Shown here one piece after another: positions 13,527-34,258 of a DNA stretch of 64,000 bases (the first letter of the stretch is position 1; each line of letters starts with the position of its first letter). Origin of the DNA: the human T2T-CHM13v2.0 reference genome, Homo sapiens. Location: the NCBI RefSeq assembly GCF_009914755.1, contig NC_060947.1; one strand, 5' to 3'. A program made the position numbers and the translations under genes. The notes under the pieces were generated by a model, which saw only the letters and a list, made by a program, of their open reading frames with translations, searched no databases and was not told the DNA's origin.

Positions 13527-13709
13527 TCTAAAAACTTCATGAAATGCCTATTATGCATTTTCTACTATGCTACAAAATGATTAAAGCAAACCTTATTTAC
13601 ATAACAGGTTCTCCAGTTATACTTTATTATTTTATCAGAAAAGCTGTACACCAAAATAAAATTTATACATTTAGAGGTTCATTATAGTCTCATGACAATT
13701 GTGAATGTC

Positions 13710-14010
13710 AGGTGTTATTTGTATTTGCTGTAACAAATACTTAAAAAATTTAGATCTGGCTTTGGAATTAGGTAATGAGTGGATGCTGGGAAAATTTTGA
13801 GGAGTATATTAGCAAAAGCCTAATTTTTTTTAATGCAGTGTGAGTATACGTATAAATGTTAAAGACTGCTGTCAAGGTTTCAGACGGAAAGGAAGAACAT
13901 AGTAGAAAAGAAGAGAATGCATACATAGTCATAAACAGACTGTTGGTAGTAGTACAGTTGTTAAAGATGCTGATGATGCGTGCTCAAAAGAAAATGAGGA
14001 AGACAGTAAA
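13710..14010 (+). mobile_element. MLT1-type MaLR internal sequence
   Basis: gctgtaacaaatacttaaaaa...tggctttggaattaggtaatg...aaattttgagg, as at the start of MaLR internal regions. Confidence 0.65.
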
Positions 14011-14249
14011 AAGGTTGCTGTGCTTCTGGCTTTTGAAGATGAAGGGGCCATATGCCAAGTAAAGTACGTGACCTCTAGAAGCTGGAAAAAGAAAAAAAGA
14101 TTCTAGACAAAAGCTTTCAAAAGTAATGCAGCAGCGTGGACACATTTTAGAAATATAGTCTCCAAAATTGTGATATAATAAATTTGCGCATTTTCTTAAG
14201 CCATAAAATTTGGGGCAATTTGTTACAGGAGCAGTGGGAAATGAATACA
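14011..14249 (+). mobile_element. MLT1C/D LTR, 3' part
   Basis: tggcttttgaagatgaagggg...cctctagaagctggaaaa...ataataaatttg...aatttgttacaggagcagtgggaaatgaataca. Confidence 0.8.
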
Positions 14250-14434
14250 GATTTGAGAAATACCTTCTGTCTATTTAATCTGATTTTTCAAAAAGATTTA
14301 ACCTTTCATTTGGGACCTGAATTGTATCTAGAGCAAATAAATCAGGTCACTTAAACTCAGCCCTCTTTTATTAAATAGTCTTTATAAATACTCTGGAGGG
14401 AGGTCTTTCATAAAGATTCTGGAGGGAGGTTTTT

Positions 14435-14550
14435 TAAAGATCAGATTCTGATTTAAAGGGGCTGGAGTTGGAATTGAAATTCTGCAATTCTAACGAATTC
14501 TTAGGTGATGTCAATACTGCTGCTCTTTATGTAACACTTTTGATTAGCAA
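14435..14550. mobile_element. MER5 (hAT-Charlie) fragment
   Basis: cagattctgatttaaaggggctggagttgg...ctgcaattctaac...aggtgatg...acacttttgattagcaa. Confidence 0.7.
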
Positions 14551-14994
14551 AATGTTAGAATAAATCATTAATTACAGTTCAACTTAGTTAATCATTAATT
14601 ACTTATTGCTGAATTAGTCATTTTAGTTATATTCTAACTTGGCCTTTATCCCTATAGCCACTGAAGAGAGTAACTTAAAGTGGCAGACATTACATTAAAC
14701 CACAATTTTTTTTTTCAGAAGGAATGAAAAAGTTTTATATAAATCTTCTCACTGATTGTCACATAAATATGGAAGTGAAACATACTCATTCTTGTTGGCT
14801 ATCTGGTAGAAAATGAGACCTTATGGTCACAGCCAGCCACAGCCAGTATCCTCAGCTATGGATACTAACGCAATGAAATATTTTCACGAATGATTATTCT
14901 GCCTTAAAATAATAGGAGATATAGAAAGCTATGTCTCAGAATGTGAACACATTCAGTGGAATTTCCACTCAGTTTAAAGTGGGAGACATATTTG

Positions 14995-15100
14995 TGTGGC
15001 ATAGCTCTGCTACTTTGTATCTCTTAGGCAAGGCCCCTTTCTATGCTAAGCCTCAATTTCTCCATTTATAATATGAAAAAGTTGGACTTTTTAAGTTCTT
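14995..15100 (+). mobile_element. MIR fragment
   Basis: agctctgctact...ttaggcaag...ctaagcctcaatttctccatttataatatg. Confidence 0.6.
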
Positions 15101-15340
15101 TAACGAGAATTACTAGTCTAAGCAGTCATGATGGCAATATATCTGAGATGCAGTGAATGTCTACATTTTATAAAGTCTATATAAAAAGGTAACATAAAAA
15201 TTTGCTTATGTGGTTAACTTGAAATGGAGGATGGCCCCACCAACACTGGCAGCGATCTTTTTTAACTTCTGAATAAAATGTTCATAAGGTCATCCATTTC
15301 TATTCAACAACATTTTACTTCCTGTAATCACAACCCCTCC

Positions 15341-15341
<1 letters not shown>

Positions 15342-15389
<48 letters not shown>
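15342..15389. repeat. (AC)24 perfect microsatellite
   Basis: Direct reading; probably length-polymorphic. Confidence 0.98.
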
Positions 15390-15391
<2 letters not shown>

Positions 15392-16019
15392 CAGCTTTAT
15401 AAAGTGTAAACAAAGCTACTTAAAATTCTCCAAGTAAGATAAACTTGCCATATCCTTAAACCTGGAAACTTTCTTTCTACTCAAGTTTCTCAGCATTTTG
15501 TTGGCAAGGAATTATCTTCTCCAATTAAATATGAACTCAATTTCTTCTCCTAAAATTGTTCACTGTTCCCCAGAGAGTCATATTAGAGGCTTACTCTGGA
15601 TTAAACTGTAACCAGTTTTGAATTTTGATAAATAGTTTTTCAGAAGTGTAAGTGTACCTTTCAGAGATATGTCACAGGCTTCCTTCTATGCAATGTTTAC
15701 TATATATTAAGCAGTCAGCACTCTACTTTTTGTTTGGCACTTACTAATACAGTTAAGATTAAAGAAGCAAGTAAATTTTGTGTGTGAAGCCTTATGCTAA
15801 TTTTTATGCAGAGAGATCAAGGAAAAGTGTTAAATTCTTGACTTTTAGTAGCTAAAAGTCACATAAAAATATGAAAGTGACTTAGAAGCAGTTACCCAGT
15901 AGCATGTAAATACATACTAAAAAAAATGAAATTGGAATCCCTGTGTAGAATCGGGTCCCAGAATAATGGTATGATAAGAGTATACTTGAATTAAGGAAAA
16001 TTATTCTTCTCTTTTGACA

Positions 16020-16254
16020 GCTAAGGTTTACTGAATGCCTAGTATGTCCTAGGCACTATATAAAGCACATACATGCATTATTTTATTTTACTCTCACAAA
16101 AACCTTATGAGGTCAGGATTATTATTAGTATCATTTTAAACATGAGGTAATTGAAACCTGGATGATAAACTAGCTGAAGGTCACACAGGTAGAAAATGGC
16201 AGAACAAGGACTAGAACCCAAGTCTCTCTGACTTCAATATTTGTTATTTTAACC
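16020..16254 (-). mobile_element. MIR (near full length)
   Basis: tttactgaatgcctagtatgtcctaggcact...ccttatgagg...aaggtcacacaggtagaaaatggcagaacaaggactagaacccaagtct. Confidence 0.85.
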
Positions 16255-16258
16255 TCAA

Positions 16259-16544
16259 TTTTTTTGGGGGGGGATGGAGTCTCTCTCTGTGGCCCAGGCT
16301 GGAGTGCAGTGGGACCATCTCCGCTCACTGGAAACTCTGCCCCCCAGGGCCAAGCATTTCTCCTGCCTTAGCCTTACGAGTAGCTAGGACTACAGTCGTG
16401 TGCCACCATGTCCACCTAATATTTGTATTTTTAGTAGAAACAGCGTTTCACCATGTTGGCTATGCTAGTCTCAAACTCAAGTGATCCACCTGCCTCGGCC
16501 TCCCAAAGTGTTGGGATTACAGGCATGAGCCACCGTACCCAGCC
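16259..16544 (-). mobile_element. AluS (Sx/Sz-like)
   Basis: Dimeric Alu; TSD tttaacctcaat / tttaaccgcgat. Confidence 0.9.
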
Positions 16545-16694
16545 TTTAACCGCGATGTATTGATACAGTGTACATACTAATTCAAATCAAAGTAAGGAAA
16601 GCCTGGTAGACACATTACATACTAAAAAGTCAGGTTTACTGATATTACCTTAGATGAATAGGATCTGATAATTTTGAAGTTAAAAGCAGTTTCT

Positions 16695-16825
16695 TCTATT
16701 ACTGATGAGAAAACTGATAATCAGAGAAGAGAATGACTTGCTCAAGCCACAATACTAGTAACTGGCAAAGTTGTGACTAGCAAGCAGGTTTTTTGACTCC
16801 TCATAACTGTTTTCCCCTACTACAC
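16695..16825 (-). mobile_element. MIR fragment
   Basis: tactgatgagaaaactga...cagagaag...tgacttgctcaagccaca...ctagtaactggcaaag. Confidence 0.75.
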
Positions 16826-17539
16826 AAATAAAGCCTTGGTCTAATATAATTTGTATATACACTGTTTTTTTTTGTCTAATGGAGTCCCAGCTTAGTTATG
16901 TCAGTCACATATAAACAAATGTAAATGATTTTGCATATTACCTTCACAGCTCCGATTTATTCTTAAAATGATAGGTGGCTTTCTTATGGAGACTAAGGCA
17001 TGAAACATAAAAAAGCATGTCATTTAAAATTATGTCCAGAGGCAAGTAGAAGTCATCAAGCAAACAGCATATGTTCTTCTGGTCCCCATGAATGCTAGCC
17101 TGATTTGTATTTGGTTCTCCCAAAAGTCTCAATTCCTGGCTCATGTTAAAAAACTTTTTAGCACATAGTTATGTCAGTTTATCAATACTGTAAACAAATG
17201 TCCTGTCTCTTAACAGATTGTACTGAGATTGCCACTAAGCCTGACAAAGGCTGCTGAATAAAAAAGATAATTCAAATAATAACCCTAGTTCCTTTTAGCC
17301 AAATATCACACCAATAATTTACTCAGAGCTCTCAGTAACATCTATTCTTGCCCACTTTCTCATTTTTTTGAGTACTCAAGCTATATCAGGGTATTAGTTG
17401 AAATGGTTGTAATTAGAAAGGCAGTTGTCTTGGTGTATGCTTTGGTTTGCTGAGTAAGGTTGTATCTGTATTAAAATATGACCTTAAAAATACAATATTT
17501 TCAAAATTTTTCTGAGGATATTAACTAGTCTTATGCAAT

Positions 17540-18070
17540 AAGCATTCAAAATATTTATTGAATTTCTATCTATGAGGGAAATTGTTACTGTTAATGGAAA
17601 TATAGACATGAACAAGACAAATAAAGTTTTTTCCATTATGAAGCTTACAGTCTAGTTATGGGGTCAAGAGGAGGGCCATAGAAAGAGAATGGATGATGGC
17701 AGGTTGTTAGCAAAAACAAATAACAAACATGATCACTTCTCATAATTATGAATGCAACGAAGATAAAAATATAGTGTGATGCAACAAAGTGATTTGGAGT
17801 CAGAAAAGGCTGTTTTTGATTATATAGTAAAAGGCAGACTTTCTGAGGTTAAAGCTCAGAACTAAGCCCTAAATTTTACAAAGTTCTAGTGAAAATCTAA
17901 CACAAAGCCCTTAAGTTAGGATGAAGCTTATTGTTATACAGGCCAACATGACTGGAACAAAGTAAGCAAAATAAACACAGGGATGTTTTCATAGACGAGG
18001 TATGTAGGAGACAGGTCACATAGGATTCTTTAGTTAAGGGCAAGTATATTTGATAATATTGATTACAGAG
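17540..18070 (-). mobile_element. L2 3' fragment
   Basis: cattcaaaatatttattgaatttcta...atgaacaagacaa...atgaagcttacagtctag. Confidence 0.7.
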
Positions 18071-18104
18071 TCAAAATCATGTTTCTATATCCTACCTATC
18101 TCTT

Positions 18105-19055
<951 letters not shown>

Positions 19056-19659
19056 ATAATTATAGTAATTATGTGTTTGATTCCAATAATGTAATTACAG
19101 TGACATTAGTAATTCTGTACAGATACTTGGAAATTTCAAAATTACTTCTATAAATTTCTACTTTCATACTTTTACCCTGTAGCTATGAAATGGCAACATA
19201 GGGAACATATGGGATATTGTTAATAGTTTTTATAGTGCTGTATATTAAACTTTTTTTAGACATGATTTGTATGGTCAAACTTTTCAGAGTTATTTCTGAG
19301 CTTTTAATACATTTTTATGGGACTGTTTACTTTTCTGTTGGGAATGTTTTGACAGGAACCAGAAGAAAGGTAGCTATTGAGAATTTTCAATACAAGTATA
19401 ATGCTGAAGTGATGGAAATCCCATTTCAAAGACAGTTTTCTTGAAGCTTCCTAAACAAATTTTGGTCTCCAGAGGTGAGTCTCCTTCTGATTAGTTGAAT
19501 GTAATCAATTCATCTTAGAGACAGGGTTGCCAACATTTCTTCTTCCTAACCACTTCCTAAGAACAGAAAAACTAACAAGCAAGAAACAGCAAGGCCTCTG
19601 TCAATCTTCTTGCACAGACAGTGCTCATTGCCTCAGACCTGGTTTGGCTCTTGGCCTTC

Positions 19660-19955
19660 ACCCTTTTTGAGTCCTTATTACATTTTTCCTTTTGAAACCC
19701 AATTTAAATCATGCTTTCAAGTTCAACATAGTTCAAATTTTATGCATCATTTTCCTTTTGATGTTTCTATATTTGAAATCTTACAATGTGGATTTTGAAC
19801 TACACAATCTTGCATTTGAGTATATGCCTCATGTTGTGCTTTAATAAAATCATGAACCCTTTGAAAGGAAGAACCACCCATTCCTCCTTTTCTGTCTCTT
19901 AGAGTACCTACATGTCAATTAGGAGCATCATAAATATACATTGACTGATTGATTT
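19660..19955 (+). mobile_element. L2 3' relic
   Basis: Ends with catcataaatatacattgactgattgatt, an L2-type terminus. Confidence 0.45.
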
Positions 19956-20016
19956 ATTTTTGTCAGTTTAAAAATAGTTTCTCTAGCCAGAATAACTTAT
20001 TTAAGACTTAATAAAT

Positions 20017-20330
20017 GCCCTGCTGAGTTTCAGACTTGTGTGGGGCCTGTAGCCCCTTTTTGGCTTATTTCTCCCCTTTGAAATGAGAATATATATTACT
20101 TAATGCCTGTACCCCCATTGTATCTTGGCATTCACTAGACTGTTTTTTATTTTATAGGCCTATAGCGGGAAGAGACTAGCCTTTTCTCAGATGCAACTTT
20201 GGACTGTGGACTTTCGAGTTAATGCTGGAATGGGTTAAATTTTTCCATTAAGTCTTACATCTGTTGTATAGGCATGATTATATCTTGCCATGTTAGAAGG
20301 ACATGAGATTTTGGAAAAGCCAGGGTCAGA
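20017..20330 (+). mobile_element. MST-type MaLR internal sequence, 3' end
   Basis: gccctgctgagtttcagacttg...cctgtacccccattgtatct...actttggactgtggacttt...gagttaatgctg...purine-rich PPT before the LTR. Confidence 0.85.
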
Positions 20331-20722
20331 AGGAAACGTTCAAATCTGTGTCCCTGCCCCAATCTCATGTTTAATTGAAATCCCCAGTGTTAGAGGTGGG
20401 GAATGGTGGGAGGTCATTGGATCATGAGGGCAGATTTCCCCCTTGGTACTGTTGTTATAATAATGAGTGAGTTATCATGATATACGGTTGTTTAAAAGTG
20501 TTTAGCACCTCCTGCTTCTTTCTCTTTCTTCTGTTCCAGCCATGTAAAGATGCCTGCTTACACTTTGCCTTCTGCCATAATTGTAAGTTTCCTGAGGCCT
20601 CCGCAGAAGCTGCTATGATTTCTTCACAATCTGCAGAACCGTAAGCTAATTAAACCTCTTTTCTCATTAAATTACCCAGCCTCAGATATTTCTCTATAGC
20701 AATGTGGGAACAGACTGATACA
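20331..20722 (+). mobile_element. MSTA-like LTR
   Basis: aatctcatg...tccccagtgttagaggtgggg...attaaacctcttttc...gcaatgtgggaacagactgataca. Confidence 0.85.
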
Positions 20723-21036
20723 ATGTGGGTAAATCCTTCATTAATGATTTAGCATTAGCCATTTGGTGCTGTTTTTGTGTTAGACTTCTCATGAGATCTG
20801 GTTGTTTAAGTGTGTGGCACCTTCCCCCTCTCTCTCGGTCCTGCTCCTGCCATATAAGACAGCTGCTCCCACTTGTCCTTCTATCATGAGTAAAAGCTCT
20901 CTGAGGCCTACCTAGCAGCAGATGCTGCTATGCTTCCTGTATGACCTGCAGAACTGTGTGACAATTAAACTTTTTAAGAAAGAAATTACCTGGTCTCACG
21001 TATTTTTATAGTAATGCAAGAACTGACTAATATACA
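20723..21036 (+). mobile_element. MSTB-like LTR, 3' two-thirds
   Basis: gagatctggttgtttaagtgtgtggcacc...atgagtaaaagctc...gcagatgctg...gcaagaactgactaata. Confidence 0.8.
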
Positions 21037-21207
21037 TATCTATAAAAAAGTAACATAACCATGCCTGCCCACTGTATCTTACAAATCATTATGGAAATTA
21101 AATAAGACCATGTATAATTTTTTATTGAAAATCATGCAGGGTAATGGAGACTTATTTAATTTAAACGAAATATCTCACTAAAAACACAAAAAAAGCTAAG
21201 TGAAATA

Positions 21208-22245
21208 CAGTCAATCCTTGCTTTGAACGGTAATGTGAGAACATAAAAGTGACCATACAAGCTGACACTATGCAAAACAAATCGTAATAATCAATGGGAA
21301 AAAATATAGTTGCTTTGTGATTTTAAAACTTTTTGGTTAAAACATTAAAAACAATTTTACTGCCAGTTACAAGTGAATAGAAAAATGGAAAAAAATTATA
21401 AAGCAAATATCTACTTAGTACACTGTATTTAAATACTGAGAAATTAAAATATTTTATTAGTAAAGATGTATTAAGAGTGGTCTCAGCAGTGTCCTCCTTC
21501 TTCTAGTCATGGAACTTACAATTTGGACAACACATCTTTTCTATTTATTGGTGAATTGTTATACTCAATTTTAAGTTTGTATCAGCTTTGTACATTTTAT
21601 CCTTTTTGATTTTAGTGTCATGAAAATCTCTAAGAGTTACTTTGATGTAAAATTGTTTGCCAGCATCACTTGCTCTGGAACATCTTCATCCTTTTATCAC
21701 AACCACTTTTCTCATTTATGCCAATAAGTTTGCCTTCACTAAGTTCCTCTGGCTCTAGAGTCTCTAATAGCGGCAGTTTCAATCTTCCAACAGTTAGATA
21801 TTTCTTCTACAATCTCATTACATTTGATTTGAATTTCACTCCCAGCGTTAGCACTTTTATTTCTTTGATGGACTTTGATTTTTCTTGACCAATTCCTTAT
21901 TTCAGTTACCTATTATTATAAAATAACACATGAATTTGTCACTGAGGGACAAAAAGGTAGTATAAATATGTGCCATTTTTGATGAATAAACTGAATAATA
22001 CATGCACAGTGACCAATTGCTGATAGACTATGAAAGAAATATGATTGGTCATTGATCACAATGCAAATCTGTTTTGTATATAGTGATTTGTGGACAAAAG
22101 TGCTGGCAGTGACATTTGCACTTTAAGAAATCACTAATAGTTAATATACCATAGTAAATAAAATCTAAGTCATATTGTTGGGAGACTGGTACCATTTAAG
22201 TGAACACTGGTAATTTGAACTCATGTATACTGTAACCACACGGTG
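21208..22245 (-). mobile_element. Tigger13a-like TcMar DNA transposon
   Basis: TA|cagtcaatccttgctttg end; the minus strand has aaagtgctaacgctgggagtgaaattcaaatc (Tigger transposase N-terminus-like); the right end matches recalled Tigger13a 5' sequence. Confidence 0.65.
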
Positions 22246-22249
22246 AAAT

Positions 22250-23100
22250 GAAAAGTATTCATTTAAAACATCTCATTCATAAATCAATTAAGACTCAGAT
22301 AGGAACTATTGAGCCAAGATATGTAAGAAGAGGAGAGTCCAGAGGGAAAAGCTTGCCTTTTAGTGCTTCTTATGCTGTTTCTAATAAGGTACCTGTAAGG
22401 CTGAGTAGAAATTTTGATAAATGTACAGATCCAGGAGAACAACATGTGAAGCCCAGGTTTTACCAGAACTATTAACCTTAGCATTTATGGTTGGAACCCT
22501 GAAGAGCTACACCAAAGTAGTAAGGACAAACCTGAAACAATTCCAAAATCACTTACACTGCCACCCAACTTCAAGTTATCTTGATGGACTAAAAAATTTC
22601 AAGTCCTCAAATCTGAAGCTGGTACTATGTTGTTACTTGCTAGAAACTTGGCAGAAGCTTACACAAGTTCATTTTATGAGAAGAGATTATCCTAGGCCTT
22701 AAATTATTTCCAGAAATATTTTTTCTTCAAATCCAATGTCCAACATAGGAGCAAAAAATAATCAGATACATGCAAACACAAAACAACATGAATATGCATT
22801 ACCACAAACACCAGACGACATGTTTGTACTGCATATAGTGGAATTACCAGACAATTTCCATGTTCTTTGAGATGAAGTTCAAGTTTCAGGAAAAAAAAAA
22901 AAAAAACAAAAAAAAAAACAGAAAATTAAAAGACATTGCAGATTTGGAAAAAAAAAAACCTCTGGAAATTCTAAAAATGAATATTGTAGTAATCAAAAAA
23001 AAGCCCGATGAATACATTAAATAGTAGGTTATGAATGAGTAATTTAAACAAAAATAAAATAAGATGCAAGAAGGAATAAAATTTTCAGACACGTTCGCAA
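22250..23100 (+). mobile_element. Ancient HAL1/L1M ORF1-region fragment
   Basis: gcagatttggaaaa...aaattctaaaaatgaatattgtagtaatc...gatgaatacattaaatagtaggtta resembles HAL1/L1ME ORF1. Confidence 0.5.
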
Positions 23101-24008
23101 AAATTGTGAATTCACAGGTATGGTGTCAGTGAATACAAAATGATGAAGTAAGGACCTCCAAAAACTTGCCCCTCCATAAAAGCAATTTAAAAAATTTAGA
23201 ATCAACATTTTTAGAACTTTGGAAATTAACCAAAAACTTGCAACAATCCAGCAAGTGTTTAGTAAATGAAAAAATATATCTGAATCTCAGTGAGAGCAGT
23301 AAGTTTTGTGGCATTTTAATTTATTCTAGTCCCATCTCTTATTACCAGTTCAGCAGTATCCTTGAAAATTAAAGGCCCACATTTTCAATACTGACGGGAG
23401 CAAAAGAAAGCTGGAGCACTTTCAAAGCATAAGCCCCAAAGAATATTAATTATTTGACTTGTCTGGTGGCTCTCTGGAAGACCTCACTCAAAACGTTTGC
23501 CTACATTTGATCTGACTCAAACTCACCCAGCTGACGTGGTGCAAGCCTGTTGTTAGGGGCATTTTTTGAACATTATAACATCCCAGCTGCCTGAGGTGAC
23601 AGATAATGGGGAAAACAGTAGAAAAATCAATAGGCTTAAATGGAAAACCTTAGGAGGACATGTCCATATGGATGTTGAAGAACTCTGTAGTACTGTTGAG
23701 AATCCAGAAGTTCATATGCATGCATAAAGCTGTGTGCATGCTAAGGAAAATCCTGAGAAAGCCCTACACTCTTCTGCCTGAACTTGAAGTTCTGTGCAAG
23801 GAGAAAATAAAGGCTAAGGCAAGAGTGTACAAGCCTAACACAGTGTTCAATGCATGCCCCAACAAACACACATGGCCCATTAGCAAAGACTGAAGGATTT
23901 ATAGGTTCCAGATATTTAAAGATATGTGTTTCTAATTACTAGTTGACCACTAATAGGGATCAGAAATTTCAGTTGCTATACATGATAAAGAACAGAAAAT
24001 TCACTAAA

Positions 24009-24272
24009 GAGAAATAGAAAGTTAAATACTGCATGTTCTCACTTATAAGTGGGAGATAAATAATGAATACATGTGGAAATAGAGAGTGAATTTGTAGACA
24101 TTGGTGACTTGAAAGGGTGGGAAGTTGGAGGGGTGAGGTATGAGAAATTACTTAATAAGCACAATGTACACAATTTGGGTGATGGCTGCACTAAAAGTCC
24201 AGAATTTACCACTGTACAGTATATCCATGTAACAAAACTGAGCTTGTATTTTCTAAGTCTATAAAAATTAAA
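24009..24272 (+). mobile_element. L1MA/L1PB4-like 3' UTR fragment
   Basis: tgcatgttctcacttataagtggg...tttgggtgatggctgcactaaaagtccaga...atatccatgtaacaaaactg plus A-rich end. Confidence 0.8.
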
Positions 24273-24507
24273 AAGTCGCTACACAAACAACAATTTTTTT
24301 AAAAAAGTAGCAACAAAAAAACCCTAACAAGGAAAGAGAATCTAATTTCCAGAGTTACCACATTATATTAATTAAAATAACTGGATTTCAAAAAGATAAT
24401 GAAACATTCAAATAAATAAGATAATGTAAACCCCACACGGGAAATAAAACAATCAGTAAAACATATGAGAAAGCCCAGATGTTGGAGATACTAGAAAAAT
24501 ACTTTAA

Positions 24508-24796
24508 GGCCGGGCACGGTGGCTCACGCCTGTAATCCCAGCACTTTGGGAGGCCGAGGTGGGTGGATCACGAGGTCAGGAGGTCGAGACCAGCCTGTCC
24601 ATAGTGAAACCCCATCTGTACTAAAAATACAAAAAAATTAGCTGGGCATGGTGGTGGTGCGTGCCTGTAATCCCAGCTACTTGGGAGGCTGAGGCAAGGA
24701 GAATTGCTTGAATCTGGAGGCAGAGGTTGCAGTGAGCCGAGATCACGCCACTGCACTCCAGCCAGGGCGACAGTGTGACACTCCACCTCAAAAAAA
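24508..24796 (+). mobile_element. AluS (Sg-like)
   Basis: gatcacgaggtcaggag with accagcctg; TSD atactttaa on both sides. Confidence 0.9.
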
Positions 24797-24830
24797 TATA
24801 TACTTTAAATCAGCTATTTTAAATATTTTA

Positions 24831-31695
<6,865 letters not shown>

Positions 31696-32160
31696 TTAAA
31701 TAGTTTAAAATAAGTAAAGGAAAGCATATCTGTAGAACTGCAGGAAAATATAAAAACAATCTTCCGCCAAATAGAGAACATCAATAAAGAAATAGAAGTC
31801 AATAAAATAATCAAATGAAATTCTAAAGTTGTAAGCTAATATAATTAAAATGCAAAATTAAAGAGAAGAATTTAACAGCATATTTGAGGAGACAGAAGAA
31901 GCAGTCATCAAACTTAACAACTGGCCAATTGAGATGATGTAATCCTAGAACAAAAAGAAGAGAAAATAAAGAAAAAAGACAGAACCTCAGAGACCATCAT
32001 CAACTCAAGAGAACCATCGTACACATAATAGAAGTTCTGGAAAAAGAGAATAGAAAGAGAGAGAGGAAAATATTTGAAAAAATAATAACCAAAATTTGAT
32101 GACACATATTAATTCAAAAATTCAAGAAGCTTAATGCCCTCTAAGTAGGATAAACTCAAA
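31696..32160 (+). mobile_element. L1MC/MD ORF1 fragment (right part of 23120-24830)
   Basis: aaaggaaagcatatct...atagagaacatcaataaagaaatagaa...agaacctcagagacc...ttcaagaagct. Confidence 0.7.
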
Positions 32161-32174
32161 GAATGTTTTATAAC

Positions 32175-32362
32175 ATATTTATCTAATTCAGTATTCTTAA
32201 ACCTGTGGAACATGAAAGTCTGACATTATTACCCCATTATATAGAAAAAGTTGAGGCTCACATTAGGGGTTATAATGTATGTCAACCTAGTGAAAGAATT
32301 AACAGTACAACCTAAGCTTTCTAATTCCTAGTCCATTGTGCTTTCTAATAGACCACACTACC
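32175..32362 (-). mobile_element. MIR
   Basis: attattaccccattatatagaaaaagttgaggctca...tagtccattgtgctttctaatagaccac. Confidence 0.6.
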
Positions 32363-33714
32363 ATATGTATTTGAGTAGCCTTGGGCCTCAAACCATGTTT
32401 CATGGTGATGTGATTTAGACTTAGGATTTATGAGGCTTTCCTCTGCATAAAATTTACAAGTTAAGGTTTGATAACTTACATATTGTTTTCTTGTGCCTAT
32501 GCTGACATCTTATCAAAATCTGCAATGTTTAAGAAAGAATTTCTGATGCTTTAAAATTCTTCTTGCTCTTTTCAATATGTTTTTTTCAAAATGCTATTAA
32601 TAAATTCATATGGATTTATTGGTGATGTGTTCATAAAAATGACCAGAAGCTGCTTATAGACCAGCTACATTGCAATGATAAAAATAAAAGCTTCCCCTGT
32701 GATGATGAAAATAATAGAATTGAAACTCTGTAATAATAAATTTTCTTTTCAAAACAGAACTTCAAATTCTCTTGAAACAAACAAATATTCCTGAAAATTT
32801 TATTTGTGTGTATGTAGAAAGATTATTTTTATATTTTACTCAGACTTAATGTTGTTGTCAATTTTTGCAATGCAACAGTAGCATTACATGTAAAGACATT
32901 TGGCTTTAATATACTTATTTGCCTCTTACTAGCAGATATCCCTGCCAAATGTTTCAAGTTTTATCTTTTTCTATCTGTAACTGCATTAGAGTAGGACAAC
33001 TAAACCGTCATTGAAAAGAAACATAAAAAATAGGGTTCATATGACCATACAATTATCTTAAATTTATGATGTTGATAGATTCAATCAATAAGGAAGAACA
33101 TTCATTGCCCTCTAGCGGTTAGTCTCTTAGCCCCTATGTTGCTGGCCACATCAACATAGAATTTCTACGTTTTTCAGAAAGTAAAAATCCAAATAGGTTG
33201 ACTACAATCAAAATAGAGGAAATCAGCCTAAGGAAAAAAAACACCCTAGAATCCAGCACCTAGCTCTGGATGCAAATAAAAGATGTTAAATTGAAGAGTT
33301 AAAACTTCAAATATGAGATAAACAGATTTGGATTAAAATTTGGGGTTAAGTGACCAGCTTCTTTATACCTGCTGAGATTTAAAAAAAAAAAATTTGCCTC
33401 TCTCCAAATGTGGTCTATGTTTTTCTAAACCTGCGAAACCACTGCAGATTGAAAGAAACGTAAGATGTCTATATGAAAGAATGCTGGAGATTATTTTTAC
33501 CTAACTTTCTTATTTTACAAAAGGAGACAGAAGCCACTAGAGGGAAAGTGTCTTTCTCATGGTTAAACTAACACTGACAAAATTGAAAATGAAACCCAGT
33601 GTCATTCTTCCATGTTAGTTTTCCAGATTTCACGTTTGAAATTATAGATTAAGAGAGGCAGAGATCTTTTATCAAAGAGATGTGAATTTAGTATTTGACT
33701 CTTCACCAAACCCC

Positions 33715-34258
33715 TGCAATGGTTAATAATGAGTGTCAACTTGATTGGATTGAAGGATGCAAAGTGTTGTTCTTCTGTGTGTTTGTGAGAGTGTTGCCAA
33801 AGGAGATTAATATTTGAGTCAGTGGACTGGGAGAGGCAGACCCACCCTCAATCCGGGTGGACACCATTTAATCAGCTGCCAGCATGGCTAGGATAAATGC
33901 AGGCAGAGAAGCATGGAAGAACTAGGCTGGCTGTCTTCTGGCCTCTGTCCTTCTTCTGTACTGGATTCTTCCTGCCCTCAAACATCAAACTCCAAGTTCT
34001 TCAGCTTGTGGACTCCTGGGCTTACACCAGTTGTTTGCCAGGGGCTCTCGGGCCGTCAGCCACAAACAGAAGGCTGCACTGTTGACTTCTTTACTTTTGA
34101 GGTTTTGGGATTTGTACTGGCTTCCTTCTCAGCTTGCAGACGGTATATTGTGGGACTTCACCTTATGACTGTGGGAGTCAATACTCTTTAATTAACTCTC
34201 TTTCATATATACATCTATCCTATTAGTCCTGTCCCTCTAGAGAACCCTGATTAATACA
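33715..34258 (+). mobile_element. MLT2A2 (ERVL/HERV-L) solo LTR
   Basis: tg...atggttaata..gagtgtcaacttgattggattgaaggatgc start and tgtccctctagagaaccctgattaataca end; 544 bp. Confidence 0.9.

Larger units (their letters stand above)
23120..24830 (+). mobile_element. L1MC/MD-type 5' UTR and ORF1 start (left part, with nested inserts)
   Basis: aaaatgatgaagtaaggacctcc...tcaacatttttagaactttggaaattaacc; ORF1-like sequence resumes at 31696. Confidence 0.65.

Noticed and set aside
14385-14432. Direct repeat of tctggagggagg
   Set aside because: Small local tandem duplication with no further structure
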